From an uncultured delta proteobacterium (lineage in GTDB: Bacteria; Desulfobacterota; Syntrophia; Syntrophales; UBA2192), in the NCBI GenBank assembly GCA_963705165.1, contig CAVPJD010000024.1:32001-96000 (forward strand): 64,000 bases of DNA, written 5' to 3'. Below, in pieces: positions 9,494 through 18,331 of the stretch. Every line of letters starts with the position of its first letter. Positions within the stretch are counted from its first letter, which is position 1. The notes under the pieces are model-generated. The model had not been told where the DNA came from, made no database searches, and worked only from the letters and a program-made list of their open reading frames with translations. Both the position numbers and the translations under genes were made by a program.

Positions 9494-11545
9494 TCAGAAG
9501 TACAGCGAAACCCCTCCCCGGAAATTGATCTCCGAAGCGGGGTAATAAGACAGCTGTCCCGAGAAAGGATTCAGAAAACCAATGGGAACATAGCTCTTGT
9601 TGAACAGGTTTTCCACGCCCACGAAAGCGGTCGGCCTCGCGATGTCGGAAATCTTCCAGTCGGGCTGCCAGCGCAGGTAGAGGTTGACGATCGTGTAACT
9701 GTCGAGCTTCGTCGAGCTGTTGCCGTTGTCGGAGCCGAAGTACTGGCTTCCCACGTAACGGATTTCCGGCCGCAGCGTCAGGCTCCAGGGCATGTAGATG
9801 TCGAGGGCCCCGTTGGCCATATTCTTCGGCACGAGCGGGACGTCCTTGTCCTTGTTCACCCCATCGCGGAAGAAGGCCTCCTGGAACGTGTAGTTGGCCC
9901 AGAGCCGCGCCAGTTTCCGGAACTGCCAGTCCAGGGAGAACTCGACGCCCTGGTGACGCGTCTTGTCCAGGTTCTCGTTTCGGAACGTGACGGGGTTGTA
10001 GCTGATCTCGTCCTCCATGTCGATGAGGTAGAACGTGAGCCCCAGCTTGAGCTCCTTCATCGGGTAGAACTGTGTGCCCACTTCGTAGCTTTTGCCCGTC
10101 TCCTTTTCCAGATCCGTCAGGAAGCTGTCGAAAGGGAACGCGTAGTAGGATGCCTGCTGATCGAGCGACGGGAAGCGGTAGATCGTTGCGTACTTGCCCC
10201 ACAGCTTCGAATTCTCCCCGAAGAGGTACGTGAGCGAGCCCTCCCAGGCGGTGCCCTTGTGAACTTTCTCGCCGTCGAAGACACTGGCGCCCGTCGCGAG
10301 GTTTGTTTCGCTGCCGTTTACATCGGCCCGCTCCGTCCGCGCACCGAGGGCCAGGATGAGGTCCTTCAGGATGCTGAACTCGTCGCGCGCATACAGCCCC
10401 ATCGTCTGCCGCTTCAGTTCCGCCTCGTAGGTCCTCACCGCCTGCGAGCGGTTCGCGAAGGTGTCCTTGTCGAGCTTGTCCTGATAGAAGTCGAACCCGG
10501 CGGTGAGCTTGTTGTCGAAACCGAAAAGTTTCTTGTCGAGAATATAGCGCGGGGTGGCGCCCACCGTGTCGATGTCGATCTTCGTGAAGGACGCGAAGGA
10601 GGCATAGTTGGAGGTCACCTCCCGCCTGCCGTAGATCAGGTTGGCGTCGAGGCGTCCGTAGGAGCCCAGGATGGTCTTGACGAGGAGATTGGCGTCGAAA
10701 AAGGTCGAGCTCGCATCGTCGTCGGGGTTCTGGGCCTGCTTTCGGTTGGCGTTGTACTGGGCCTGCGTGAGGGCGCCCGGGAACTGGTTGTCGGTCTTGT
10801 TGGCCGTGATCCCCAGAGAGACGTCGAGAGCGTCGGTGGGGTTGTAGCCGATGCTGCCGCCTGCGCTTTCCGTGGTGAACTTCGAGCGGTCCCGGTACCC
10901 GCTGCTCGTGAGGACCTCGCCGTTGAGCGCATAGTAGACCTTGTCAGCCGAGCCCCGGACGCCGGCGCGGCCGTTGTAGGTGTTGTAGCTTCCGCCGATG
11001 AAGGTCGCATCGCCCTTCGGCTTTCCCTCGCCCCGCTTGGTGATGATGTTGATGGAGCCGGCGATGGCCGAATCCCCGTAGAGGACGCTGTTGGCGCCGC
11101 GTACGACCTCGATGCGCTCGATCTCCGAGAGCGGGATCTCGAGCCAGTTGGGCCCGGCAATGTCGGGACGGTTCAGGCGCCTGCCGTCGAGCATGACCAC
11201 GTGTCGAAGGTAGCCCGCCTCGGTTCCAAAGGCCCGCATGTCCACGATGGACTGGGAGGCATTGCCGCTGTAACTGGTGACGTTGAGGCCCACAAGCCCC
11301 GTCAAGACCTCGGGAACGCTCGTGGCGCCCGATTTCTGGATGTCGTCGGCGGTGATGACGGTCACGTTGGCCGGGACTTTCCGGACCTCCTGGGCATCGC
11401 GGGTGGCCGTGACGACCACCTCGCCCATCCGGTACTCGGGCCGGGCGGTCTCGGGGGCCGCCTGTGCACGAGCGGAACCCGGCACCGCCAACAGAGCGGC
11501 AAGCAAAACGAACAAAACCCATTCACTGCGCAAGAAACTCTTCAT
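9494..11545 (-). CDS. TonB-dependent receptor, probably cobalamin (BtuB-like)
   Basis: Signal peptide, EVVVTATR TonB box, IERIEVVRG plug, C-terminal Phe; downstream of a cobalamin riboswitch. Confidence 0.93.
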   Translation of the reverse strand: MKSFLRSEWVLFVLLAALLAVPGSARAQAAPETARPEYRMGEVVVTATRDAQEVRKVPANVTVITADDIQKSGATSVPEVLTGLVGLNVTSYSGNASQSIVDMRAFGTEAGYLRHVVMLDGRRLNRPDIAGPNWLEIPLSEIERIEVVRGANSVLYGDSAIAGSINIITKRGEGKPKGDATFIGGSYNTYNGRAGVRGSADKVYYALNGEVLTSSGYRDRSKFTTESAGGSIGYNPTDALDVSLGITANKTDNQFPGALTQAQYNANRKQAQNPDDDASSTFFDANLLVKTILGSYGRLDANLIYGRREVTSNYASFASFTKIDIDTVGATPRYILDKKLFGFDNKLTAGFDFYQDKLDKDTFANRSQAVRTYEAELKRQTMGLYARDEFSILKDLILALGARTERADVNGSETNLATGASVFDGEKVHKGTAWEGSLTYLFGENSKLWGKYATIYRFPSLDQQASYYAFPFDSFLTDLEKETGKSYEVGTQFYPMKELKLGLTFYLIDMEDEISYNPVTFRNENLDKTRHQGVEFSLDWQFRKLARLWANYTFQEAFFRDGVNKDKDVPLVPKNMANGALDIYMPWSLTLRPEIRYVGSQYFGSDNGNSSTKLDSYTIVNLYLRWQPDWKISDIARPTAFVGVENLFNKSYVPIGFLNPFSGQLSYYPASEINFRGGVSLYF

Positions 11546-11588
11546 GGTGAATCCTCCTCCCCCCTCGGGAAATGATGTGGCTTGCGCC

Positions 11589-11735
11589 GTCGGGCAAGTA
11601 TACTGGCTTGCGGCCCCCTACTCTCCGCGCCTTCCAGGCCCCCTGTTCCGGAAGCCCGTGGCTAACGCTGCGGATTTCGTTCCGCCTACAGTTGCGGGGC
11701 AGCGCCGGACTGAGACCGGCTTCCTCCCCCAACGG
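11589..11735 (-). promoter_or_regulatory. Cobalamin riboswitch
   Basis: Minus strand GAGGAAGCCGG..UCCGGCGCUGCCCCGCAACUGU..GCCACGG..GGAAGGC..AGUAGG..AAGCCAGUAUACUUGCC (B12 box). Confidence 0.9.
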
Positions 11736-11749
11736 CTCTTAAAAAACCG

Positions 11750-11836
11750 GTAATTCAGTAATTGAGTAAATGGTAATTAAGGAAAATGAGGGTCCCGATC
11801 TCTTCAATTACCCAATTACTTGGTTACTAATTACTC
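11750..11836. repeat. Short degenerate 7-8-mer repeats (GTAATT.. then ..AATTAC) forming an inverted array
   Basis: gtaattca gtaattga gtaaatg gtaattaa ... caattac ccaattac ttggttac taattac. Confidence 0.55.
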
Positions 11837-11846
11837 CCTCACGTCC

Positions 11847-12620
11847 TCACGTGAGGGTGATTCGCGGCGATCCCGTCCGGGGATGCCGGTCCACCATGAC
11901 CTTTGTCTCGTAGGCTTTTCGGATGTGCTCTTCCGTGATTACGGCCTCGACAGGCCCGGTGGCCTCGATGCGCCCGTCCTTCAGCAGGATGATCCGGTCG
12001 CAGTAGTGGGCGGCGAGGTTGATGTCGTGAGTCACGGCGATGATCGTAAGCCCCCGGTCGCGATTGAGCGACCGGATGCGGTCGAAAAAATCCACCTGGT
12101 GCCGTATGTCGAGAAAGGCCGTGGGCTCGTCCAGGAGCATGAGCCGCGGCTCCTGGGCCAGGGCCCGGGCGATGAGCACCCTCTGGCGCTCGCCGCCGGA
12201 GAGAGATTCCATGTCCCTTGCTCCAAGGCCGAGCGTGTCCGTCATCTCCATGGCCTTGCGGGCGATGCGGTGGTCCTCGTCGCCTTCGAAGCGCCAGCGC
12301 CCGAGGTGCGGCGCCCTTCCCATGAGCACGACCTCCTCCACGGAGAAGGGAAAGGCAAGGGCCGAATACTGCGGTACGACGGCCACGGAACGTGCCAGGG
12401 CCTCTCGCCGCAACTTTCCGATTTCCGTCCCCTCGAGGAGCACCGCCCCCTCCTGGGGCGTGAGGATCCCGTCGATGACGCGCAGCAGCGTCGTCTTGCC
12501 CGAGCCGTTGGGCCCGATGATGCCGAGAAAATCCCCCTTTTCGACCTCGAAGCCGACCCCTCGGAGGACCCACTGCTCGCCGTATTTGAAGCTCACATTG
12601 TCGACGTTCAGAAGCGGCAT
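11847..12620 (-). CDS. Cobalamin/iron-chelate ABC transporter ATPase (BtuD-like)
   Basis: GPNGSGKT, LSGGERQR, LLDEPT and THD motifs. Confidence 0.95.
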   Translation of the reverse strand: MPLLNVDNVSFKYGEQWVLRGVGFEVEKGDFLGIIGPNGSGKTTLLRVIDGILTPQEGAVLLEGTEIGKLRREALARSVAVVPQYSALAFPFSVEEVVLMGRAPHLGRWRFEGDEDHRIARKAMEMTDTLGLGARDMESLSGGERQRVLIARALAQEPRLMLLDEPTAFLDIRHQVDFFDRIRSLNRDRGLTIIAVTHDINLAAHYCDRIILLKDGRIEATGPVEAVITEEHIRKAYETKVMVDRHPRTGSPRITLT

Positions 12621-13696
12621 CGGCCGGCCTCCGTTTTCTTCAGCAGGTAGATGAAAAAGGGCGCCCCGAAGAGTGCCGTGATCACCCCCACGGGGAGCTC
12701 GCTCGGTCCGAGCACCGTGCGGGCCAGCGTGTCGGCGGCCACGAGAAAGGTCGCGCCGAAAAGAAAGCTTGCCGGCAGCAGCAGCCGGAAGTCGGAGCCG
12801 AAGATCATCCGGATGATGTGGGGCACGAGCAGCCCCACAAACCCGATAAGGCCCGAGAGCGACACGGCGGCCGCCGTGATGAAGGAGGCCGCGAAAAAGA
12901 GCACCCGCCTGGTCTTTTCGACGTCGACACCGAGCTGCAGGGCCTGCTCCTCGCCGATGACGAGCAGGTTCAGGGCCCTGGCGTGACGGTAGATCACGAT
13001 GAACCCCGCAAGGAGGGCAACGCCCCCCAAGAGGGTCTGGCTGGTGTCGGCAAGCCCCAAATCCCCCATGAGCCAGAACATGATCCCGTGCAGGCGCGTG
13101 CCCGAGGCGGTGGAGATGAGAAACATGATGGCCGCCGTGCAGAAGGCGTTCACGATGACCCCCGAGAGCAGGAGCGTGCCCGACAGGGACTCCCGCCTCT
13201 TGCCGGCCACGCCGAAGACGAGCACGATGGTGATGAGAGAGCCCAGGAAGGCAAGGACGGGGACGGCGAAGGGCAAAAAGTCCAGCCCGGCGATGATCCC
13301 GAGAACGGCCCCCACGGCGGCCCCCCCGGAGATCCCGAGGATGTAGGGGTCGGCAAGGGGGTTGCGCAGCAGCCCCTGGAATACGGCGCCCGCCGTGGAC
13401 AGGGTGGCGCCGACGATGGCGGCAAGCAGGATCCGGGGGATGCGGACGGAGAAGATGATGGTATGCTCGGGAGATGCCGCTGCACCGTCCTGCCTGAGAA
13501 GCGAAAGCAGGTCGATGCGGTGGGGGCCGGTGATTGCGGCAATGGCCGCCACGGCCAGGAATACGAAAGCGAGCAGGGCACAGACGCGGATCACCCGACG
13601 CGGGGTCACCGCCTTGCCCGTCTCGATTTTCGCTGCGACGGAAAGGACGATTGCCGGAACGGCCAGAAGAAATGTAAAAAGGAAGAACCGGGTCAC
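12608..13696 (-). CDS. Cobalamin/iron-chelate ABC transporter permease (BtuC/FecCD family)
   Basis: RIPR, QGLLRNPLADPYILGISGGA, IGFVGLLVPH and ELPVGVIT motifs; GGAGG RBS before GTG. Confidence 0.95.
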   Translation of the reverse strand: MTRFFLFTFLLAVPAIVLSVAAKIETGKAVTPRRVIRVCALLAFVFLAVAAIAAITGPHRIDLLSLLRQDGAAASPEHTIIFSVRIPRILLAAIVGATLSTAGAVFQGLLRNPLADPYILGISGGAAVGAVLGIIAGLDFLPFAVPVLAFLGSLITIVLVFGVAGKRRESLSGTLLLSGVIVNAFCTAAIMFLISTASGTRLHGIMFWLMGDLGLADTSQTLLGGVALLAGFIVIYRHARALNLLVIGEEQALQLGVDVEKTRRVLFFAASFITAAAVSLSGLIGFVGLLVPHIIRMIFGSDFRLLLPASFLFGATFLVAADTLARTVLGPSELPVGVITALFGAPFFIYLLKKTEAGRCRF

Positions 13697-13719
13697 CGCA
13701 ACCTCCCTCGAGGCTAACG

Positions 13720-13865
13720 GGGTGGACCAGTCTTCCGGCTCAGGGCGCCCTACTCTCCCGCCTTCCCATCATGGTGACCATGACAGTGGCTAATTGGGAT
13801 TTCGTTCCCATCACGGCTGCGGGGCAGCGGGGGCATTTCACCCCTCTTCCATCTGCCCACCCCTT
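13720..13865 (-). promoter_or_regulatory. Cobalamin riboswitch
   Basis: Minus strand GGAAGAGGGGUGAAAUGCCCCCGCUGCCCCGCAGCCGU..GCCACUG..GGGAAGGC..AGUAGG..GAGCCGGAAGACUGG. Confidence 0.9.
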
Positions 13866-13988
13866 TGGATACCAACCCACTAACAGAGCATCGGGGCTTT
13901 GTCAAGGCCCAAGAAAAAGACGGAATTCAGGAAGACAGGAAGTCAAGAAGATCAGGTAAATTGAAGGTGTTTGGCAGCAAAACCAGCG

Positions 13989-14816
13989 CTAAAATCCGGC
14001 GGCACATTGCGCCATTTCCTCGATCCCCGCAACGGCCCGGGGGCTGAGGCGGTAGAGCCGCTCGGTGACAACGCAGACCCTCCCCTGCTTGACCGCAGGG
14101 AGCATGTGGAGCCTCTCCTTGAGGCGATCGATGCCCCCGCCGGACATGAAGCCCTGCCCTGCGAGGATGAAATCGGGCGAGCGGTGGATGATCTCCTCGA
14201 GGGAGTACTTGGGATATTGGATCTCGCCGTCGGCCGCGACGTTGCGGATGCCGAGGATGCCGAAGGCCTCGTGGATGAGCGTGCCGGGCCCGGCCACGAC
14301 GATGGGCTCGGGCTGGATGATGAAGAGGGCCGACTTCGGGGGGCGGGAACGATTTTGCCGTGCTTTTTTCTCCAGGGCCGCCATGTCCTTATCGATCCGC
14401 CCCGCAAGCGCCGAGGCCTCCTTCTCTACGCCCAGCGCAACCCCCAGCTCGCGGATGCCCCGGGGCAGCTCCTTCAGGCGCCTCGCCGAGAAGACGTGGC
14501 AGGGGATGCCGAGGTCCCTGAGGCGATTATAGATCGCCTTCGGGTTGCCGTCGTCGGTCAGGATCACGAGGTCGGGTTTTGCGCCGACGATGGCCTCGAG
14601 CGAGGGGTTCGTGAAGCCGCCCACGCGGGGCTTGGCCTTCGCGGCAGGGGGGTAGTCGCAGAAATCGGTCACTGCCACGACCCGATCCTCGAGGCCCAGG
14701 TCGTAGAGGATCTCGGTGATGTTGGGCGCAAGGGAGACGATCCTTGCCGGTCCCGCCCCGAAGGCCGGGGCTGCAAGACATAGCAGGATCACGATTACGG
14801 CAAGAGTTTGTTTCAT
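13989..14816 (-). CDS. Periplasmic cobalamin-binding protein (BtuF-like)
   Basis: Signal peptide; RIVSLAPNITEIL, FCDYP and PSLEAIV..KPDLV motifs. Confidence 0.93.
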   Translation of the reverse strand: MKQTLAVIVILLCLAAPAFGAGPARIVSLAPNITEILYDLGLEDRVVAVTDFCDYPPAAKAKPRVGGFTNPSLEAIVGAKPDLVILTDDGNPKAIYNRLRDLGIPCHVFSARRLKELPRGIRELGVALGVEKEASALAGRIDKDMAALEKKARQNRSRPPKSALFIIQPEPIVVAGPGTLIHEAFGILGIRNVAADGEIQYPKYSLEEIIHRSPDFILAGQGFMSGGGIDRLKERLHMLPAVKQGRVCVVTERLYRLSPRAVAGIEEMAQCAAGF

Positions 14817-15192
14817 GGGAGATTGATCCTATGCCAGGCGGGCGATTTCGTCAACCCCACATGGGATAAAGTGCAGGAGCGACTGAGTCTGTGAGCATGG
14901 AAGCGCTTAAACAGGGAGGGGGCAAAAAACATGAACACGGATATGAGTGAAAGGCAGAACCTGACTTGTCAGGTCGGCGCCAATCAAGTCTTACCAGCTT
15001 ACCGGCTTCGCCTGCCTGCAAGTACACATCCGCCGGACAATACGGATTTAATCATGATAGATAGTACCGTTCGTTGTAACGTTTTTCATGTCTTGACACC
15101 GCGGCATGACCGTCCGCGCTGTCATACGAAAGTGCACGCAAACGATATGCCCCGTTGAACGCTTACTCGGCCATCCCGACCGGTGGGATCTC

Positions 15193-16023
15193 TTACTTCA
15201 TTGACATCAGTCTCTCGATCCTTTTCTCGATCGGCGGATGGGTGCTGAACAAATTCATAATCGTGTCCGTGCTCAACGGGTTCACGATGAACATATGCGC
15301 CGTCGCCGGATTTGCATCCATCGGCTTTTTCTTTGAAGCGTCAGCGATTTTTCTCAAGGCACTGGCCAGCGCTTCGGGATGACCAGACATCTTGGCTCCG
15401 TTCTCATCCGCCAGGTACTCCCGCGATCGTGAAATAGCCATTTGGATGATCGTTGCAGCTACGGGAGCTACAATCGCCATTGCAATCATGCCAATCGTGC
15501 CTCCGGCACCATCCTGTCCACCGCCAAAGACAGCGGCCCATTTGGCCATGTTTGCCAGCATGACGACGGCGCCGGATATGGTGGCCGCCATTGTACTGAT
15601 CAGGATATCCCTGTTTTTAATGTGGGACAGCTCATGCCCGATGACTCCTTCGAGTTCGTCGCGGGTGAGCATCGCGAGAATCCCCTGCGTTACCGCCACG
15701 GCCGAGTGGTCTTCGTTTCTTCCCGTCGCAAAGGCATTCGGAGTGCTGCCGGCAAGGATGTATAGTTTCGGCATGGGAAGCTTGTCCTTCTCGGCCAGGC
15801 TCCTGACCACGGTGTAAAGGGCGGGCGCCTGGGCTTCCGACACTTCCTGAGCATTATACATTTTCAGAACGATCGAGTCGGAATACCAGTACCCGCCGAT
15901 GTTCATCAGAACAGAAATGATCACTGCGGCCAACACGCCCAATCGACCGGCAACCAAGGCCCCCAGGACCATGAGGATCCCGGATAGAGACGCCAATAGC
16001 AGGATTACTTTCAGGGTGTTCAT
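15193..16023 (-). CDS. htpX: Zinc metalloprotease HtpX
   Basis: PNAFATGR, GHELSH, AISRSREYLAD and LFSTHPP motifs. Confidence 0.96.
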   Translation of the reverse strand: MNTLKVILLLASLSGILMVLGALVAGRLGVLAAVIISVLMNIGGYWYSDSIVLKMYNAQEVSEAQAPALYTVVRSLAEKDKLPMPKLYILAGSTPNAFATGRNEDHSAVAVTQGILAMLTRDELEGVIGHELSHIKNRDILISTMAATISGAVVMLANMAKWAAVFGGGQDGAGGTIGMIAMAIVAPVAATIIQMAISRSREYLADENGAKMSGHPEALASALRKIADASKKKPMDANPATAHMFIVNPLSTDTIMNLFSTHPPIEKRIERLMSMK

Positions 16024-16204
16024 GATCGGCCTCGCTCAAAACGTTTATTGCATACGCTCCCATTCCATGAATCCATGTCAGGGAAAGCAAAATATTCTGC
16101 GAAATTGCGCCGATGCAAGACGCAAGGATTACCACCGTCAGGAGCATGCAGCAATTCTGGCTCTTGTCGCTTCGCATTTGGGCACAGAGATAAGGACGGT
16201 CTCA

Positions 16205-16471
16205 TCAATGCCTTCTGGGTTCTTCGTTCTTGTTGTGAGATAGGCGTATACCGGGAGTATCGCAACCCATCGCAGCGCAGCGTAAACCCCGAATGCCCGG
16301 GCAATTGGACTTATCACTGATGGGGCCATACTCCCGCATGACGCGCTCAACGATTTTCCCCACTTTGCTTCGATCAAACCAGATCCCCCTGCATTTTGGG
16401 CAGTAATCTACCTCCATTCCATGTCGCTCGATCATCGATATGTTCACGTTGCAGACTGGACACATCATCAT
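16205..16471 (-). CDS. zf-TFIIB-type zinc-ribbon protein (copy A)
   Basis: MMMCPVCNVNISMIERHGMEVDYCPKCRGIWFDRSKV; paralog of 18035..18310. Confidence 0.8.
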   Translation of the reverse strand: MMMCPVCNVNISMIERHGMEVDYCPKCRGIWFDRSKVGKIVERVMREYGPISDKSNCPGIRGLRCAAMGCDTPGIRLSHNKNEEPRRH

Positions 16472-16584
16472 TCTGTCCTTTTTCATGGCGGCAAATACGC
16501 ATTCAAACATGGTCCGCTGCGGGGACTGATCCGGTAAGGTCTGCAACGGGTTCCATGAACGACATGACGTTGAAGGCAATGTCT

Positions 16585-16902
16585 TCAGGAAAAAAGAGGC
16601 GGAGCTTTGTTCAAATAGGGAAGGTCATGAAAAGCAAGAACAGGGAAGGAGTCCAAGTAATGCCTGGTGACTGAGAAGGCAGGATCTCTATGAGGCGGTT
16701 CGGAGTAGACCATCGCCGAGGAATCACAGAAACCCGGCTTTTTCTTGCACGCCGTATCGACGGCAGAATTCTTCGATTTGCATATTTTACAGGTGGACAG
16801 AGCAAGGGGGACGTCATTCTGATGCAACGCGATGGAAAAGCAGATCAGCGTGAAGCTGATAAGCGCAATGACGACGATTTGTTTTCTGGTGGTATCCTTC
16901 AT
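16585..16902 (-). CDS. DUF2946-like protein (signal/TM, H, CxxC, C-terminal NKAPP), copy A, 105 aa
   Basis: MKDTTRKQIVVIALISF..IALHQNDVPL..TCKICK..YLNKAPPLFS. Confidence 0.7.
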   Translation of the reverse strand: MKDTTRKQIVVIALISFTLICFSIALHQNDVPLALSTCKICKSKNSAVDTACKKKPGFCDSSAMVYSEPPHRDPAFSVTRHYLDSFPVLAFHDLPYLNKAPPLFS

Positions 16903-16988
16903 GGTCGTTGTCGAAAATGCAATCACGATGACAGTGCAGCTTTTGTAACATCACAGAGGAGACGGTGTCAAGTTGGTATCACTCAGTC

Positions 16989-17291
16989 CTAGACCTGCAT
17001 CCTCATGACTTCCTGATAAGCTTCCAGCACCTTATTGCGTACAGCCGTAACTGCATGGAACGATATTCCCGCCTTCTCCATTGCGATCATGGCCTCATGT
17101 ATGCTGCCGGTGCCGCCGAGCATTGCATTTGCGATTGCCTTGTCGGCATTATTCTGCAGCTGATGGACCTCACTCAGGCTCGTTTTAAGGATCGTACCGA
17201 ATGTTTTGTCGTTACTATTTACTTTATCTTTTGCATTTTCAACGACAGCGGCTTGAGGGACTGTGTTCGTTTTGATCAGAAGGTCTTTCAT
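16989..17291 (-). CDS. fliE: Flagellar hook-basal body protein FliE (orphan)
   Basis: SIHEAMIAMEKAGISF..VRNKVLEAYQEVMRMQV C-terminal signature. Confidence 0.92.
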   Translation of the reverse strand: MKDLLIKTNTVPQAAVVENAKDKVNSNDKTFGTILKTSLSEVHQLQNNADKAIANAMLGGTGSIHEAMIAMEKAGISFHAVTAVRNKVLEAYQEVMRMQV

Positions 17292-17332
17292 GACTTCTCC
17301 TCGTATAGTAGAACCGCACGAGCGTTTCTAGT

Positions 17333-17348
17333 TGCAAGCTCTATGCCC
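17333..17348 (-). promoter_or_regulatory. Sigma-54 (-24/-12) promoter candidate for fliE
   Basis: Minus strand GGGCATAGAGCTTGCA = GG-N10-GC with TTGC. Confidence 0.55.
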
Positions 17349-17584
17349 TAACCTCCGGCCCCATCAAATCGGTTGCCAGGTCTGTCAGTATGGCCGTCCA
17401 CCGCGTGGGGTTGCAGATAGCATCCGCGTTGCCCGTACTGATCGGAAAATATTAACCCGGGTGTTATGAGCACTTACGAGCGCATAGGGTCATTCGGTAT
17501 CGGTGGCCCTTGACGTGGCATGCCCATTATGGTAAGCGGACGGTAAGCAGACGCAAAAACAAAGCCGATGGATCGCGCTCATAC

Positions 17585-17902
17585 ATGAAAGTATCATCAA
17601 CAAGGAATCTCATATTCATCGCAATCGTCGCATTCTTTATCAGCTCTCTGGCAATTGCCCTTCATCATCATGATATTCCGCTGCAAGGGCAGACCTGCTC
17701 GATCTGCAAGATGAAGGGCTCAGCCTCGGGCACTTATCATAAAGCGAAAATCAATATTGACCCTGCATTCTCAGTTTGTTCTCCTCTCCTTACAAATCCC
17801 TTGCAGTCGATATTGCTCTTGATTTCTATCTCTCAGGATTCTCTCCAGGAATCGCCTTACCTTCTTACAATTAAGAACAAGGCCCCTCCCATCCAGCTTT
17901 AA
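17585..17902 (+). CDS. DUF2946-like protein (signal/TM, HHH, CxxC, C-terminal NKAPP), copy B, 105 aa
   Basis: MKVSSTRNLIFIAIVAFF..IALHHHDIPL..TCSICK..IKNKAPPIQL. Confidence 0.75.
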   Translation: MKVSSTRNLIFIAIVAFFISSLAIALHHHDIPLQGQTCSICKMKGSASGTYHKAKINIDPAFSVCSPLLTNPLQSILLLISISQDSLQESPYLLTIKNKAPPIQL

Positions 17903-18034
17903 ACCCATCCTTTTTACTTCGCATTCGATTACCGGTAGCTGAAACAGCCGACAGCTGTCTGAGGAAGCATTTCTCACGGGATTGGCGTTGAGGCTGAATT
18001 TTACATTGAATCCAAACCACCATGGAGGCAAGTC

Positions 18035-18310
18035 ATGAATTGTCCAGTCTGCAATGTATCTTTAGTGATGTCCGAGCGACAGGGTATCGAGATCGACTAT
18101 TGCCCGAAGTGCCGTGGCGTCTGGCTCGACAGGGGGGAGCTCGACAAGATTATCGAGCGTTCAGCTCCGACAGCGATGCCGGAGCAGCGTCCGGCACCGC
18201 CGACATCGAGGCAGGAGGAGCCCTATGACAAGCATCGCGAGAAAGACCACAAGGATCATGGAAGTTATCATCACAAGAAGAAGGGATTTCTTCAGGATTT
18301 GTTCGACTAA
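18035..18310 (+). CDS. zf-TFIIB-type zinc-ribbon protein with His-rich tail (copy B)
   Basis: MNCPVC..GIEIDYCPKCRGVWLDRGELDKIIER..HKKKGFLQDLFD; GGAGG RBS. Confidence 0.92.
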   Translation: MNCPVCNVSLVMSERQGIEIDYCPKCRGVWLDRGELDKIIERSAPTAMPEQRPAPPTSRQEEPYDKHREKDHKDHGSYHHKKKGFLQDLFD

Positions 18311-18331
18311 CGGGGAGCAGGAAGCAAACTC

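Noticed and set aside
8327..11575. 1082-aa plus-strand ORF
   Set aside because: Antisense shadow of the TonB-dependent receptor and tonB; no motifs; expected in GC-rich coding DNA
14931..15158. 75-aa plus ORF or possible ncRNA at the insert boundary
   Set aside because: No recognisable protein or RNA motif; no tRNA or att-like repeat seen
16020..16304. Short ORF between zinc-ribbon copy A and htpX
   Set aside because: Overlaps neighbours and has no motif or clear RBS; cannot be supported
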